This document shows positions 10,701 to 19,921 of a stretch of DNA of 64,000 nucleotides, piece by piece. Origin of the DNA: Ignavibacteriae bacterium HGW-Ignavibacteriae-4 (GTDB taxonomy: Bacteria; Bacteroidota; Ignavibacteria; Kapaibacteriales; UBA2268); the NCBI GenBank assembly GCA_002839765.1, contig PGYR01000003.1, positions 43,388 to 107,387 of the forward strand, given 5' to 3'. The notes under the pieces were generated by a model, which ran no database searches, had not been told where the DNA came from, and saw only the letters and a program-made list of their open reading frames with translations. The position numbers and the translations under genes are program-made. Positions within the stretch are counted from its first letter, which is position 1; every line of letters begins with the position of its first letter.

Positions 10701-11422
10701 GGACTAAAAACTATGGGCAAATCATTAAGATAACTTATAGCACATTCATCTTTGAGTTTGGGAATATAATCTGTTTTGAATGATACTAGGTTGTTTATAT
10801 CAAAGCTAATGAGTTTATTTGTTTGGAATTGTAATCTCGTATCGAATAAACTAAATATTCCTTGTCTATAATTAGTTTCTATGGATTCCCCAAACTTGGT
10901 TATCATAGAGAAGAAACCAAGTGAATGTATATATTCATGGAGAATAATAGAATACAAATCATATTTATTATTATCAAACTCTCCTTCTACAGTATTGAAC
11001 TCATAGTTAGTATTTATAAATAACTCACAATCATAAGTCAAATCATTCGGATTTATATTTGTTGTATTATATTTCTGCCAAACCCGCCCTGTGGTTATTC
11101 CATTTCTGAATAGAAGTATATTTTCGTATTTAGGTACTATGTAAGCAAGAGCAGGTATTTTCTTTTCTATTGTGGTTACTTTTATTCTGATTTGATTATT
11201 GTACTTCGGAGCTATTAGTTGCTCAATATCGCTTATCACTTGAATAACAGTGTTTTCTACACCCTTACTATAAGCGGTTTCATTTTTAAAAAATGTGGTA
11301 GTAGAATCAAATTCTATATTATGAAAATCCTGAGCTGATAAACTAATAGAGATTAGAAATAAAAAGGGTATGCAAGCAAATTTTATTTTAAAAAATCTAT
11401 TTTTCATACTTTCCCAAATCAT
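7793..11422 (-). CDS. large secreted protein with HExxHxxG zinc-protease-like motif and T9SS C-terminal sorting domain
   Basis: 1209 aa with an N-terminal signal/TM segment. Contains the motif SIILHEYIHSLGF. The C-terminal ~80 aa (INIYPNPTDRIVNLEF...GTYSFMIV...) look like a Por/T9SS CTD. Confidence 0.75.
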   Translation of the reverse strand: MIWESMKNRFFKIKFACIPFLFLISISLSAQDFHNIEFDSTTTFFKNETAYSKGVENTVIQVISDIEQLIAPKYNNQIRIKVTTIEKKIPALAYIVPKYENILLFRNGITTGRVWQKYNTTNINPNDLTYDCELFINTNYEFNTVEGEFDNNKYDLYSIILHEYIHSLGFFSMITKFGESIETNYRQGIFSLFDTRLQFQTNKLISFDINNLVSFKTDYIPKLKDECAISYLNDLPIVFSPSDWQNGSSISHLDTNCLDKKFVMMPSIFKGQIKRTPMYEDLYVLSTLGYSITGIFRGDTIITEQQIIDLSNYKIPITNNDFIDTISVIGNSVLKIPVSNLISNDEHIINIIPIENESIKFDRKSYTQNDTLVVTLGRFRNPYQFNYYTINKDGFVSNPALVSITIPIVNNSIGDCKRDNRNLLCNGDFEQVTSIGQLKLDPTDTLDYKYLYNRDDNFLPCEPSLFLAGWNLTYSPDLYTYLNVDELPITYDPYFSTKNRKNIYNLLKFFLNEVKRSNKDKPNNFFLGMFTGRNIKQKIQEGKNLYPIETISQELIGLNKNEKYVLELDINSTALSNTDSLNVMFTKEEICYNDILNFPQKSEYLLLSNRLLYNSGDVEDYRHGYEWQHIVFNNLDISEYKYIYIFGNVYESGSGYIAYYFLDDISLRPMSYSVDKNEIVYNFCDIGTIDIPIKIEKEIEEADTLLVKVANSRLNFETEGKVIVFGEGTKDSTIYFTATYNDDYRYNPEYIVDIELESNKKGNLGKEDLTLTINNNNLDVNVYADNYCNEDSLFFYVEITQEDFSSIDEGRIQLYLPKSFINYNNSIIIKNTLDPEVHITTLSQTENLESIYKINLNNTLAKSTVHGVDEDLKLIIRFAVKMNLLDSLNIIKTVTNLFADGCEKSRFDTIYSNQLRNRIVFNDTTLCNNLDLSYLESKEIKVVQGNDIDDLTLTKSGDYVVSYTTVEDCVVLDTFNLNLTNDFHLKSNISYSDSTNIQIRIEDKIYSETDSIREFIGSSIYKIYPVFKASGSGSGASLPNLSPSNSSYQIDDTLFIERNYDIVNAKFNEQNSNYSNIIIYYPKSDSIVIESSSSYFNGCEHKTEEAIKVIYLSDSNNRIYDYQQKERIINIYPNPTDRIVNLEFEVLREGQFSFHIFDLLGRELYSDKSSFKRGSYKKSIDISDFTNGTYSFMIVTPDNSYFKKFLIFK

Positions 11423-11569
11423 TTAAGTCCTTATTATCCTAATTTAGCGAATAAATCCCATATCCCAAACTTATTTATATTCATTTATTATGTGCTTAAT
11501 CTAAAACTAAATAAACTCTTCACTCACTAGGCTCGTTCAGAGTTTCAAAGGTTATTTTCGGAGGGTGTT

Positions 11570-11974
11570 TTATTCTTGCTCAGGAGCTTCGGTTTCGTCG
11601 GTTGGGTTTTCTGGGGTTTCCATATCTTCATCTATCTCAAAGCGAATGAGTATTCGCTCGCCGTTGGAGGCAACGACTTCTATAGATTCCAGATCACCGT
11701 CTTTTCTGCGGTTTATATATACTTCAGCTTTGCCCGTTGTGTCGCCGGGCTTAGAGATTTCGACAGTGCTAGTGCTGTCCTCTAGGTCTTCGGACTCGAT
11801 GAATGATTTGTCGTACTTCTTGGATTTTGTGTCGAATTTTGGGACAGAAAATGAGCTATCGAAATCCTCTAACTCTAGTGAATTGGATAAATCTTTCGTT
11901 GACAGAAGACTCTCCCCCTCACTCTCGTCCTCGAACTCATTTTCGAATGGATCTATGTTATTAGGATTGCTCAT
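11570..11974 (-). CDS. small highly acidic hypothetical protein
   Basis: 134 aa, D/E/S-rich, with a compact C-terminal segment EVYINRRKDGDLESIEVVASNGERILIRFE. The start overlaps the regulator stop by 14 nt. The two plus-strand ORFs here are antisense shadows. Confidence 0.55.
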   Translation of the reverse strand: MSNPNNIDPFENEFEDESEGESLLSTKDLSNSLELEDFDSSFSVPKFDTKSKKYDKSFIESEDLEDSTSTVEISKPGDTTGKAEVYINRRKDGDLESIEVVASNGERILIRFEIDEDMETPENPTDETEAPEQE

Positions 11975-13412
11975 TTTTCAGTGCTTTGTAGTTTCTAGAA
12001 GTAGCGTCAATGTCTAATTGCTCTAGTCTGTATCTTAGCTTAGCTCGTGATATACCTAGTACTTTTGCAGCTTTTATCTGGTTACCTTTGGTAATCAATA
12101 GAGTCTGATGAATCAAATCCTTTATTATATTACCCATGAATGCACCCTTATCAGATATCTTAAGGAAATGCTCGCCTTCATTTAGGTATATCTCTCTAGG
12201 AGATTCATCTTTATTCTTCGATGCTTTTTTATCCCCTCTGAGGAAGCTTAGTGATTCTTTCGAGATTACATCTTCTTGCTCTAGTAGTACTATCCGTTCT
12301 ATAACGTTAGTTAACTCACGAATATTCCCTTTCCAATGATATTTCTGGAGAATTTGAGCTGCTTCTGGAGTAAATCCTTTTATATCTTTGCCGAATGATT
12401 TGTTGAATTTCTCAACGAAATTAGAAGCAAGTATTAGAATGTCCTCATTTCTCTCTCTTAGTGGCGGCAAAGTGATTGAAGCCACGTTCAGACGGTAGTA
12501 TAAGTCCTCTCTGAACTCATTTTCTTCTACCATCTCTTCCAAATCGCGATTGGTAGCAGCCAAGACTCTAACATCAACTGTTAGTTCTTTCGAGCCACCT
12601 AATCTATAATATTTTTTCTCTTGAAGCACACGTAATAGCTTCACTTGCAAATCTAAGCTCAACTCCCCTACTTCATCTAGCAGTATAGTACCGTGGTTAG
12701 CTTGCTCGAATCGACCTTGTTTTATCTTTTCCGTAGCACCAGTAAATGCACCCTTCTCATAACCAAATAGCTCATTCTCAGCTAGTTCTCTAGGAATAGC
12801 ACCACAGTTTATCGTGATGAATGGGCCTTTTGCACGAGGTGAATTATCGTGTATATGACGAGCCATTAGCTCTTTACCAGTACCCGATTCACCGAGTATA
12901 AGTACAGTAGTATTCTCAGCTTTGGCGAATAATTTACCCATCTCCATAGCTTTTCTAAGACCTTCGGATTTACCGATTATCTCGCTTGGTTTGGATTCGC
13001 TTAATTGCTCAGACAGTATATCAACTTTTCTTCTAAGATCGTGGTTGTCTAATGCTTTTTCTACACTAAGTTCTAATTGCTCTAGGTCTAGTGGCTTTAC
13101 AATGAAATCCTCTGCACCTAGCTTCATAGCTCGGACAGCCATCTTGATATCAGAGAACGCTGTCATCATAATAACAGGCATTTTGAAACCTTCATTACGA
13201 AGAGTTTCTAGTATATCTAGTCCATTAGCATGACCAAGGAAAATGTCTAACAGCACCAAATCTGGACCCAAGGAACCAATCTCTTCTAGTGCTATTTTTG
13301 CATCATTATATACTTGTATATTAGTATATGATTCAGATAAAATATCGCTAACTGTATCACTTACCAGCTTATCGTCTTCTATTATTGCTATTGTATAATT
13401 CTTTTGTGCCAT
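11961..13412 (-). CDS. sigma-54-dependent response regulator (NtrC/Fis family)
   Basis: 483 aa. REC domain, AAA+ domain with GESGTGKE Walker A and the GAFTGA loop (YEKGAFTGATEK), and a C-terminal Fis-type HTH. Confidence 0.9.
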   Translation of the reverse strand: MAQKNYTIAIIEDDKLVSDTVSDILSESYTNIQVYNDAKIALEEIGSLGPDLVLLDIFLGHANGLDILETLRNEGFKMPVIMMTAFSDIKMAVRAMKLGAEDFIVKPLDLEQLELSVEKALDNHDLRRKVDILSEQLSESKPSEIIGKSEGLRKAMEMGKLFAKAENTTVLILGESGTGKELMARHIHDNSPRAKGPFITINCGAIPRELAENELFGYEKGAFTGATEKIKQGRFEQANHGTILLDEVGELSLDLQVKLLRVLQEKKYYRLGGSKELTVDVRVLAATNRDLEEMVEENEFREDLYYRLNVASITLPPLRERNEDILILASNFVEKFNKSFGKDIKGFTPEAAQILQKYHWKGNIRELTNVIERIVLLEQEDVISKESLSFLRGDKKASKNKDESPREIYLNEGEHFLKISDKGAFMGNIIKDLIHQTLLITKGNQIKAAKVLGISRAKLRYRLEQLDIDATSRNYKALKNEQS

Positions 13413-13467
13413 CTTTTAATATTTTATTTGAAATTCGATTGTAAATTTAATAAATTTATTTTGCTTA

Positions 13468-14577
13468 TTATAATATAGGTAGCTTAACGTAGAAACAAGT
13501 ACCTTCGTTCAGATTACTCTCTACATCTATCACTCCATTATGTTGGTGCAATATTCTTTGAGTTATAGGTAAACCTAAACCTGTACCTTCGGTTTTACGA
13601 GTGAAGAACGGATTGAATATTTTCTGTAAATCCTCTGCTTGGATACCACATCCTGTATCTTTCACAGAAGTAATTACATAATTAGTCTCACTAGCTTTTA
13701 TTCCCATTTCCACATAAGTAGAGATTGTGATAGTCCCTTTATCTTTTATAGCATCACTTGCATTAGTTAGCAAATTGATAAATACTTGCTGAATTTGCTT
13801 AGCATCGGCAGCTGTATCAGGGAGATTATCATCTAATTCAACTCTGATTTCTATATCTTTTCTTTTGATAACTGGCTTCACCATATCTAGTGCACTCGGG
13901 ATAATCTTGTTGACATTAAGTCTTTCTACTCTAGGCACAGCTGGTCTAGAGAAATTCAAAGTTAGTTCGACTATTCTTGATATTCTCTCTGCGCCAGAGA
14001 TTGCATTTTTTATGTAGTTGTAATTTTTATTTTCTTCGCCAAGATTTCTCTTCATTAACTGCAAATTGAGATTAATAGCAGCCAATGGATTTCTAATCTC
14101 GTGGGCTACGCCTGCACTAAGTTGACCGAGCAAAACTAATTTATCGGCTTGCACCATCTTATCAGTCAGAGCGTGTTGTTCGCTAACGTCTCGAGCAATT
14201 GCGTAGATTAGATCTGTATCATAATGTCTGAAAAATCTAGCACTGACTTCGACCATCAAATTTGGGTTATTTGGAGTATCAATTGATAACTCACTCAGTA
14301 CAACGGGTGAAGATGACTTTTTAAGCAGCTTGAATATTCTTCTAAACTGGGGCATTGCGGCTCCAACAAGTTCATTTTTTGGAATACCCAACAATGTAGC
14401 AGCATAGTCATTAGCATCAAGAACATCCCATGCGTCCGGTTGAACTATAAATACAGCATCAGTAGCATTGTCAAAAAATGATTTGTACCAGAGTAGTTTC
14501 TGTTCGAGTTTATCAATTTTATTAATTAACTCTTCTGTCTCAGCGTACCCTCTTTCGATTTCGAAGTCTTTTCCCAT
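13468..14577 (-). CDS. PAS-domain sensor histidine kinase
   Basis: 369 aa. H-box AHEIRNPL, N-box and G-box (GTGLGLPI). No TM segment, so probably cytoplasmic. Confidence 0.85.
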   Translation of the reverse strand: MGKDFEIERGYAETEELINKIDKLEQKLLWYKSFFDNATDAVFIVQPDAWDVLDANDYAATLLGIPKNELVGAAMPQFRRIFKLLKKSSSPVVLSELSIDTPNNPNLMVEVSARFFRHYDTDLIYAIARDVSEQHALTDKMVQADKLVLLGQLSAGVAHEIRNPLAAINLNLQLMKRNLGEENKNYNYIKNAISGAERISRIVELTLNFSRPAVPRVERLNVNKIIPSALDMVKPVIKRKDIEIRVELDDNLPDTAADAKQIQQVFINLLTNASDAIKDKGTITISTYVEMGIKASETNYVITSVKDTGCGIQAEDLQKIFNPFFTRKTEGTGLGLPITQRILHQHNGVIDVESNLNEGTCFYVKLPIL

Positions 14578-14637
14578 TAGAAAGCATAATCTAGTTTATT
14601 TATTTTGCAATGTATGACATTTTCTAATGAAAATCAA

Positions 14638-16794
14638 TTATTTTTTCTTTGTGGAGTCCGCAGGCATCGTCTCTATTTCTATCGGTTTTTGGTCTGGAGG
14701 TAACTCTGATTCGGGCTCATCTGAGTTAAATAGGTTAAGTGGGTTGATCTTATCAAAATCAATACTGTTTAGCATTTCTAAAGGTTTTGCAAGTAAATCA
14801 CTACCTTGATTAATTACACTGCTAGGATTACTAATGAGGTTTTCCGAATTAATTAGATTATTTTGTTCTAAACCATTATTAATACTTTGAGAAGTATTAT
14901 CAGGAAGACCTTTGATCACATTGGGAACTTTCTGAACAAACTTTGACTTATAAGCTAGAGAGTCAGGCAATTTCTCGCCACTACGAAGACTCTTTAATTG
15001 AGCAAGCGGAAGCATCATTTCTAATGCATATTCTGAGGTAGGGTACTTTTCTATAAGTAAATCATAATAATAGATAGCGCTATCTAAATTAACCAAATCT
15101 CTCTCAAATATCCATCCAATATTATATAATGAACGAGGAGCTAGTTTATGCTTAGGAAATCTCTGATATGCACTATAAAACTGCTTTACAGCAAATGGGT
15201 ACTCTTTTATTTTTTTCAATTTCATACCCGAAGCAAATAATTCCTGAACAGTATCTACAATAAATTCATCAGTGAATCCAAGGATTTTCATTGCATCGCG
15301 ACCATAATCGGTCATGGCATAATTATCAGCTACAGCTTCGTATAATGAGTCCGATTTATACGCATCATCTTCTCTAATTACTCTAGCATAAGAGTATAGG
15401 AAACGAGAAGTTTCACTCATATTCTTAGGAGAAACGTTATATGATTTTTCATAGTAAAACTTTACGGAATCAATATTGCCTAATTCTTCATGAATACGAC
15501 CAGCTTCAAAATACAACAGAGCTGTGCTGTACATTATAGTGTCATTGTTTATACCAGTAGTATCACTTTCAATTCTTTTTAGATAATCATCTGCACTTTT
15601 AATCTTATATCTTAGCTCTGATAGAGCTTTGAACATATAGCTAGATTGTTTGAAAACTGGAGTTCTTTGGTTTCTAGCTTTTGAAAAGTATTGTTGTGCT
15701 TTGAAGTAATTTTTACTTTTATAGAAATCCATACCCCTCTCAAAACTATATGTATTAATCAACATATTGTTAACATAAGTAGTGTCAGAGTGATTTTCCA
15801 TGAACTCTAATTTTTCTTCATCATCGGCTTTCATTCTCTTTTCTGTCAATCTTCCAGAGTATGTATAGCCCATCCATTCTTCGAATTTGGAATCTTCTTC
15901 TAAGTATGTTAAGAGCTTATTAGATCTCTCGAAGTTTTTTACCCTTGCACTACTTTGTGCCTCATATAGATATGATTCGAACAAGCCTTCATAAGTAGGA
16001 GAGTAGTTTCTAACTTTAGCAAATTCATTAGCCGCTTTCTCGAATTCTCCGATTCTATATAGTAACGCTCCTAGTTCCAATTGCCACTTTGCAGCTAATT
16101 CCGCGTTTTCCGATTGGGCTACCGCTTGTCTATACGGACGTAATGCTTCTTCTTTATCACCCTCGTAAAGGGATAATTCAGCTTGTAATCGAAACGCTTC
16201 AGAAAGGATATCATATCTTTTCTTTTGCCAAGCAATATCTACAGTACGGGAAAGCATTATCTTTCCAGTATAGAAATTTCGTTGGATAAGTGAGTTTTTT
16301 GCGAATAGTAAGTGAGCGTCAGGTGAGAAATCACTATTAGGATATTTATCTACTAGTTCACTACACTTAATCTCAGAGGGTCTCCATTCTTCTTGATAGA
16401 AGAACGATTTTGCCATCAAGAAAATAGCACCTTCTACATAGTCAGTTTTGCTCTTATGAGCTAATATTTTAGATCCTTTTATAATAATAGAGTCGAGCTT
16501 TGTTTCTACTGCTTGTCTTTGTCTCTGAGTTATTATTAGGTCCTTCATAAAAGGTGGAGGGCCTAACGAATAGTCCTCTCTTTCTTTCAGATTGGGATCT
16601 GGAACGTAGATTTGAATCTCTCGAACATCAAATGCCATAAAGTCGAACTCATCCTCCGCCTTTTCCATCAATCTTTCCATGTTATAGTAAGTATTGAAGT
16701 AAGTCGTAAAATTATCAAAAGTCTGACACCCTACTAAGAAAAGTAAAGTAAACATACTTATAATTGATGCTTTATGTATCTTCTTTTTGTTCAT
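14638..16794 (-). CDS. tetratricopeptide-repeat lipoprotein
   Basis: 718 aa. Lipoprotein signal (LFLVGCQ) and many TPR-like repeats (Y..A......G....A...F). Abuts the BatA-like gene with no gap. Confidence 0.7.
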   Translation of the reverse strand: MNKKKIHKASIISMFTLLFLVGCQTFDNFTTYFNTYYNMERLMEKAEDEFDFMAFDVREIQIYVPDPNLKEREDYSLGPPPFMKDLIITQRQRQAVETKLDSIIIKGSKILAHKSKTDYVEGAIFLMAKSFFYQEEWRPSEIKCSELVDKYPNSDFSPDAHLLFAKNSLIQRNFYTGKIMLSRTVDIAWQKKRYDILSEAFRLQAELSLYEGDKEEALRPYRQAVAQSENAELAAKWQLELGALLYRIGEFEKAANEFAKVRNYSPTYEGLFESYLYEAQSSARVKNFERSNKLLTYLEEDSKFEEWMGYTYSGRLTEKRMKADDEEKLEFMENHSDTTYVNNMLINTYSFERGMDFYKSKNYFKAQQYFSKARNQRTPVFKQSSYMFKALSELRYKIKSADDYLKRIESDTTGINNDTIMYSTALLYFEAGRIHEELGNIDSVKFYYEKSYNVSPKNMSETSRFLYSYARVIREDDAYKSDSLYEAVADNYAMTDYGRDAMKILGFTDEFIVDTVQELFASGMKLKKIKEYPFAVKQFYSAYQRFPKHKLAPRSLYNIGWIFERDLVNLDSAIYYYDLLIEKYPTSEYALEMMLPLAQLKSLRSGEKLPDSLAYKSKFVQKVPNVIKGLPDNTSQSINNGLEQNNLINSENLISNPSSVINQGSDLLAKPLEMLNSIDFDKINPLNLFNSDEPESELPPDQKPIEIETMPADSTKKK

Positions 16795-18867
16795 TTATTC
16801 TATATTTTTTGTAGCTTTCTGTACTAGCAGTTCTGCTAATCCACAGAGCAAAGCAAGTGCCAAGAAGAGCTGCCAAAGTTCGGTACCCAGTTTCGCTCTC
16901 TGAATGCTTTCTACTATGTTTCTATCATCTTCTAATATACTGATATTATCCGAATTAATCCCAATTTTAGACATTTTTTCTATAAAAACCCCGTCATCCA
17001 TTGCTTTCAAATCTGATTCAGATTTACTTGGATTTATACTATAGTACGCAACAACTTGTTGATTGTTGTTCTTTACTAAATAATTACCAAATTGAGATTT
17101 ATCATCAATGGGAAGTATGTAATTGTTACCTGATTTACTAGCATCAGCAAACTTCTCAGTTCCATCTGGAGTTAGAATATTGAATTTAGTACTTCCTGCA
17201 AGTTCTTCATTTACTATCAAAGTACTTTGATTAACTTGATTAGATAAAGTTCCATCATAACTAGAATTCAAATACGTAACTGATTTATATAGTAGTGAAG
17301 GAAAAATACTAAGTACTTGAAAATCACTCCAATCAGTTGATACAGGTACCGAAAAATAGAATAATGAACTATTAGCAATATCGAATTGGCTAAGGAAATT
17401 ACCCGATTGTGTTTCTATTATTGGACGACCATTTTGGGAAGGAACTTCAACTTTAATCTTTGGTGATTCTACTTCTTTCTGATTAGCAGTCTCCCCTTTG
17501 AATACTCCACTGAAAATTGGGTGAAGTTTATCCACTTTAGTAAATTCAGCTGGATTGACATCATATCGTGAAACAGCCTTTACGTTAACTCCAATCATTG
17601 ATGAGTTAGTCATAAAGTCAGTCAAATTTTCCTTAGGTGCGAAAAGTATTATTTTAGCATTATTAGATTGTAGCTTAGCAATATCTGACAAATCTTGTTT
17701 AGTCAAACTATTTTTTGCGACTATCAAAACTTTCTCTTGACCTGCACTATAACCGTTAATATCTTGAACAAACTGATAACCTGATATAGCATTGAACTCT
17801 TTCATATTGCTCAAGATAGCATCGAAGAAAATATTTGCTGATTCGGATACAACCGTCACAAATGGCTGTTTAGGTATATTGATTGCGAAATAGTAATTAT
17901 TATCTGGAAGTAACTCATCACTTTCTAGCTGTAACTCAGCTTTTACAATGCCTGTACTATTATAAGGAGCTGATATAACTGTACTTTTCAGCTCACCAGG
18001 AGCAATATCTATAGTCTTCTGAGCTACTTTTTTATCATTATAGACAAGACTAATTAAATTGTCTGTGAATTTCTTATTACTATGATTTTTCAAGAATACT
18101 TCTAGTTCTATAGGTCTATCTTTTTGTATAATTGAGCTGACTACTTTGACAGAATCTATACTAAGGTTGCTAAATTCCTTCTTTGAAGTTCTACCTACAT
18201 TTGCAACTAGAAACGAAACATTATTCTTAAAGTATTTATTTGTATCTACTTCAGCCATTAAGTTCACTTGCATATCAGAAACTAGATATACAAACTTATT
18301 TAGATTAATAGCTTCTGTCATCATTATAGAAGCAAACTTCAGGTTAGTATTTAGATTAGCTTTCTCTGTCCCAATCAATACTTCATCAATACTCTTATTA
18401 AGTAAATCTTTGTTAGTTGACCAAGCGTAAGAGCGTAGAGGTCTTTCGCTAGAAAGTGGCATAACGAGAGCTTGGTCGCCCTCTTTCATAGAGTTGATCA
18501 GAGTACTAGCTATTTTCTTTGATTGTCTTAATCGGTTTCCATTCTCATCAGATACATCCATACTGTATGAATTATCAATTAGAATAATCATACTCGTATT
18601 AGAATACTCCGTAAAACCGGGTAGTGAACTTTGGATAGTAGGACGAGAAAATGCCAAAACAGCAAATATAATTAGTAAAGTTCGTAACAGTAATAGTAAC
18701 CACTGCTTTATCTTTAGCTTCTTTATACTTGATTTTTGTAGTTCTTTGAGGAATTTCAGAGTAGAAAACTCGATAGTCTTTTGCTTTCTAAGATTAATTA
18801 GATGCAAAATAATAGGTATCGAAGCGGCTGCTAGTCCAAATAGTACAAATGGGTTTAAAAAATTCAT
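16795..18867 (-). CDS. BatA-domain (aerotolerance N-terminal domain) membrane protein
   Basis: 690 aa. The N-terminus MNFLNPFVLFGLAAASIPIILHLINLRKQ is the typical BatA N-terminal domain. A TM segment lies at the C-terminus. Confidence 0.7.
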   Translation of the reverse strand: MNFLNPFVLFGLAAASIPIILHLINLRKQKTIEFSTLKFLKELQKSSIKKLKIKQWLLLLLRTLLIIFAVLAFSRPTIQSSLPGFTEYSNTSMIILIDNSYSMDVSDENGNRLRQSKKIASTLINSMKEGDQALVMPLSSERPLRSYAWSTNKDLLNKSIDEVLIGTEKANLNTNLKFASIMMTEAINLNKFVYLVSDMQVNLMAEVDTNKYFKNNVSFLVANVGRTSKKEFSNLSIDSVKVVSSIIQKDRPIELEVFLKNHSNKKFTDNLISLVYNDKKVAQKTIDIAPGELKSTVISAPYNSTGIVKAELQLESDELLPDNNYYFAINIPKQPFVTVVSESANIFFDAILSNMKEFNAISGYQFVQDINGYSAGQEKVLIVAKNSLTKQDLSDIAKLQSNNAKIILFAPKENLTDFMTNSSMIGVNVKAVSRYDVNPAEFTKVDKLHPIFSGVFKGETANQKEVESPKIKVEVPSQNGRPIIETQSGNFLSQFDIANSSLFYFSVPVSTDWSDFQVLSIFPSLLYKSVTYLNSSYDGTLSNQVNQSTLIVNEELAGSTKFNILTPDGTEKFADASKSGNNYILPIDDKSQFGNYLVKNNNQQVVAYYSINPSKSESDLKAMDDGVFIEKMSKIGINSDNISILEDDRNIVESIQRAKLGTELWQLFLALALLCGLAELLVQKATKNIE

Positions 18868-18883
18868 TAATCTTTTATTCTAT

Positions 18884-19690
18884 TTAACGTAATCCAACTA
18901 GCTTTCTTAACGCACTAATTTCATTTTTGTTCAACTGGCGGTATTCTCCACGAGCCATACCTGCATTCGAAATACAGCCATAAGATTTACGATCAAGTTT
19001 TTTAACAAAATAACCGAACTTTTCGAATATCCTTCTAATTTCTCTGTTCTTACCCTCGTGCATAGACATCGTTAGATTATCACCATGTTTGGGATCTATG
19101 AATATCTCGCAAGGAGCAGTAATATCACCATCTAGATCAACACCACCATTAGCAATTAATCTAGCGTGAGGCATCTCAAGTTTCTTATCCAACCTAACTT
19201 TATAAACACGCTCTATTTCATAACTTGGGTGAGTTAACCTATTAGCCAACTCTCCATCATTCGTCATTATTAAAGCGCCAGTCGAGTTTCTGTCTAGTCT
19301 TCCTACAGGATAAACTCTACGTCTAACATGGACGATATCCATTACAGTCTTTCGTTTGAATTGATCTTCGGTAGTAGTAATCGTGTCTTTCGGTTTGTTA
19401 AGGACATAGTAAACATTCTTCTCTTCGTAACCGACAGAGTCTCCATCAACTCTGACGTTATCGCCCTTTCTGACCTTTGTACCATGTTCAGTTACTATTT
19501 TACCACCAACTGTAACTCTGCCTGCTTCGATTAGCTCGTCAGCTTTACGTCGTGATGTGTAACCAGCATCAGATATAAATTTATTCAGACGGACTGTTTG
19601 ATCCAACATGTCTATCTTTTTTTCTTTCTTGAATTGTTTTGTCTCTTTACCTAATCTTTTCGGTTTAGGTTTTGCTCTTTCGTGTTTCAT
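18884..19690 (-). CDS. rluB: 23S rRNA pseudouridine synthase (RluB/RsuA family)
   Basis: 268 aa. Lys-rich N-terminus, S4 domain (RLNKFISDAGYTSRRKADELI) and catalytic GRLDRNSTG motif. Confidence 0.85.
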   Translation of the reverse strand: MKHERAKPKPKRLGKETKQFKKEKKIDMLDQTVRLNKFISDAGYTSRRKADELIEAGRVTVGGKIVTEHGTKVRKGDNVRVDGDSVGYEEKNVYYVLNKPKDTITTTEDQFKRKTVMDIVHVRRRVYPVGRLDRNSTGALIMTNDGELANRLTHPSYEIERVYKVRLDKKLEMPHARLIANGGVDLDGDITAPCEIFIDPKHGDNLTMSMHEGKNREIRRIFEKFGYFVKKLDRKSYGCISNAGMARGEYRQLNKNEISALRKLVGLR

Positions 19691-19732
19691 AGTACTAATA
19701 TAATTTTTGAATCTGTAAACGTATTAAAAACA

Positions 19733-19768
19733 AAAATAGCTTTAAAAATCGAATTTTAAAGCTATTTT
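19733..19768 (-). terminator. rho-independent-type hairpin downstream of the NSS operon
   Basis: AAAATAGCTTTAAAA-ATCGAA-TTTTAAAGCTATTTT, a perfect 15-bp stem lying 28 nt past the small-subunit stop. Confidence 0.65.
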
Positions 19769-19795
19769 ATTAAATATATTAAAGTTATCGATTAA

Positions 19796-19921
19796 TTAAT
19801 CGTCTTCTTCGTAACTAATCTTATCAGTTAGGATTTTCTTCATAGTTGAAACTACCATCCATATTACAAAACCCCATCCAAGTCCCATAAATATAAATGC
19901 TTCTATAGTTATATGTTCCAT
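19796..19921 (-). CDS. 41-aa membrane peptide, putative NSS-transporter small subunit (MetS-like)
   Basis: Not in the ORF track (<60 aa). My translation is MEHITIEAFIFMGLGWGFVIWMVVSTMKKILTDKISYEEDD, with one TM helix. The ATG overlaps the transporter stop (TAATG). A conserved paralog sits at 21855-21980. Confidence 0.75.
   Translation of the reverse strand: MEHITIEAFIFMGLGWGFVIWMVVSTMKKILTDKISYEEDD

Noticed and set aside
11565-12017. Plus-strand ORFs 11565-12017 and 11576-11785
   Set aside because: They are Ser-rich antisense translations of the acidic-protein gene on the minus strand. The minus-strand ORF is coupled to the regulator gene and has a more protein-like composition.
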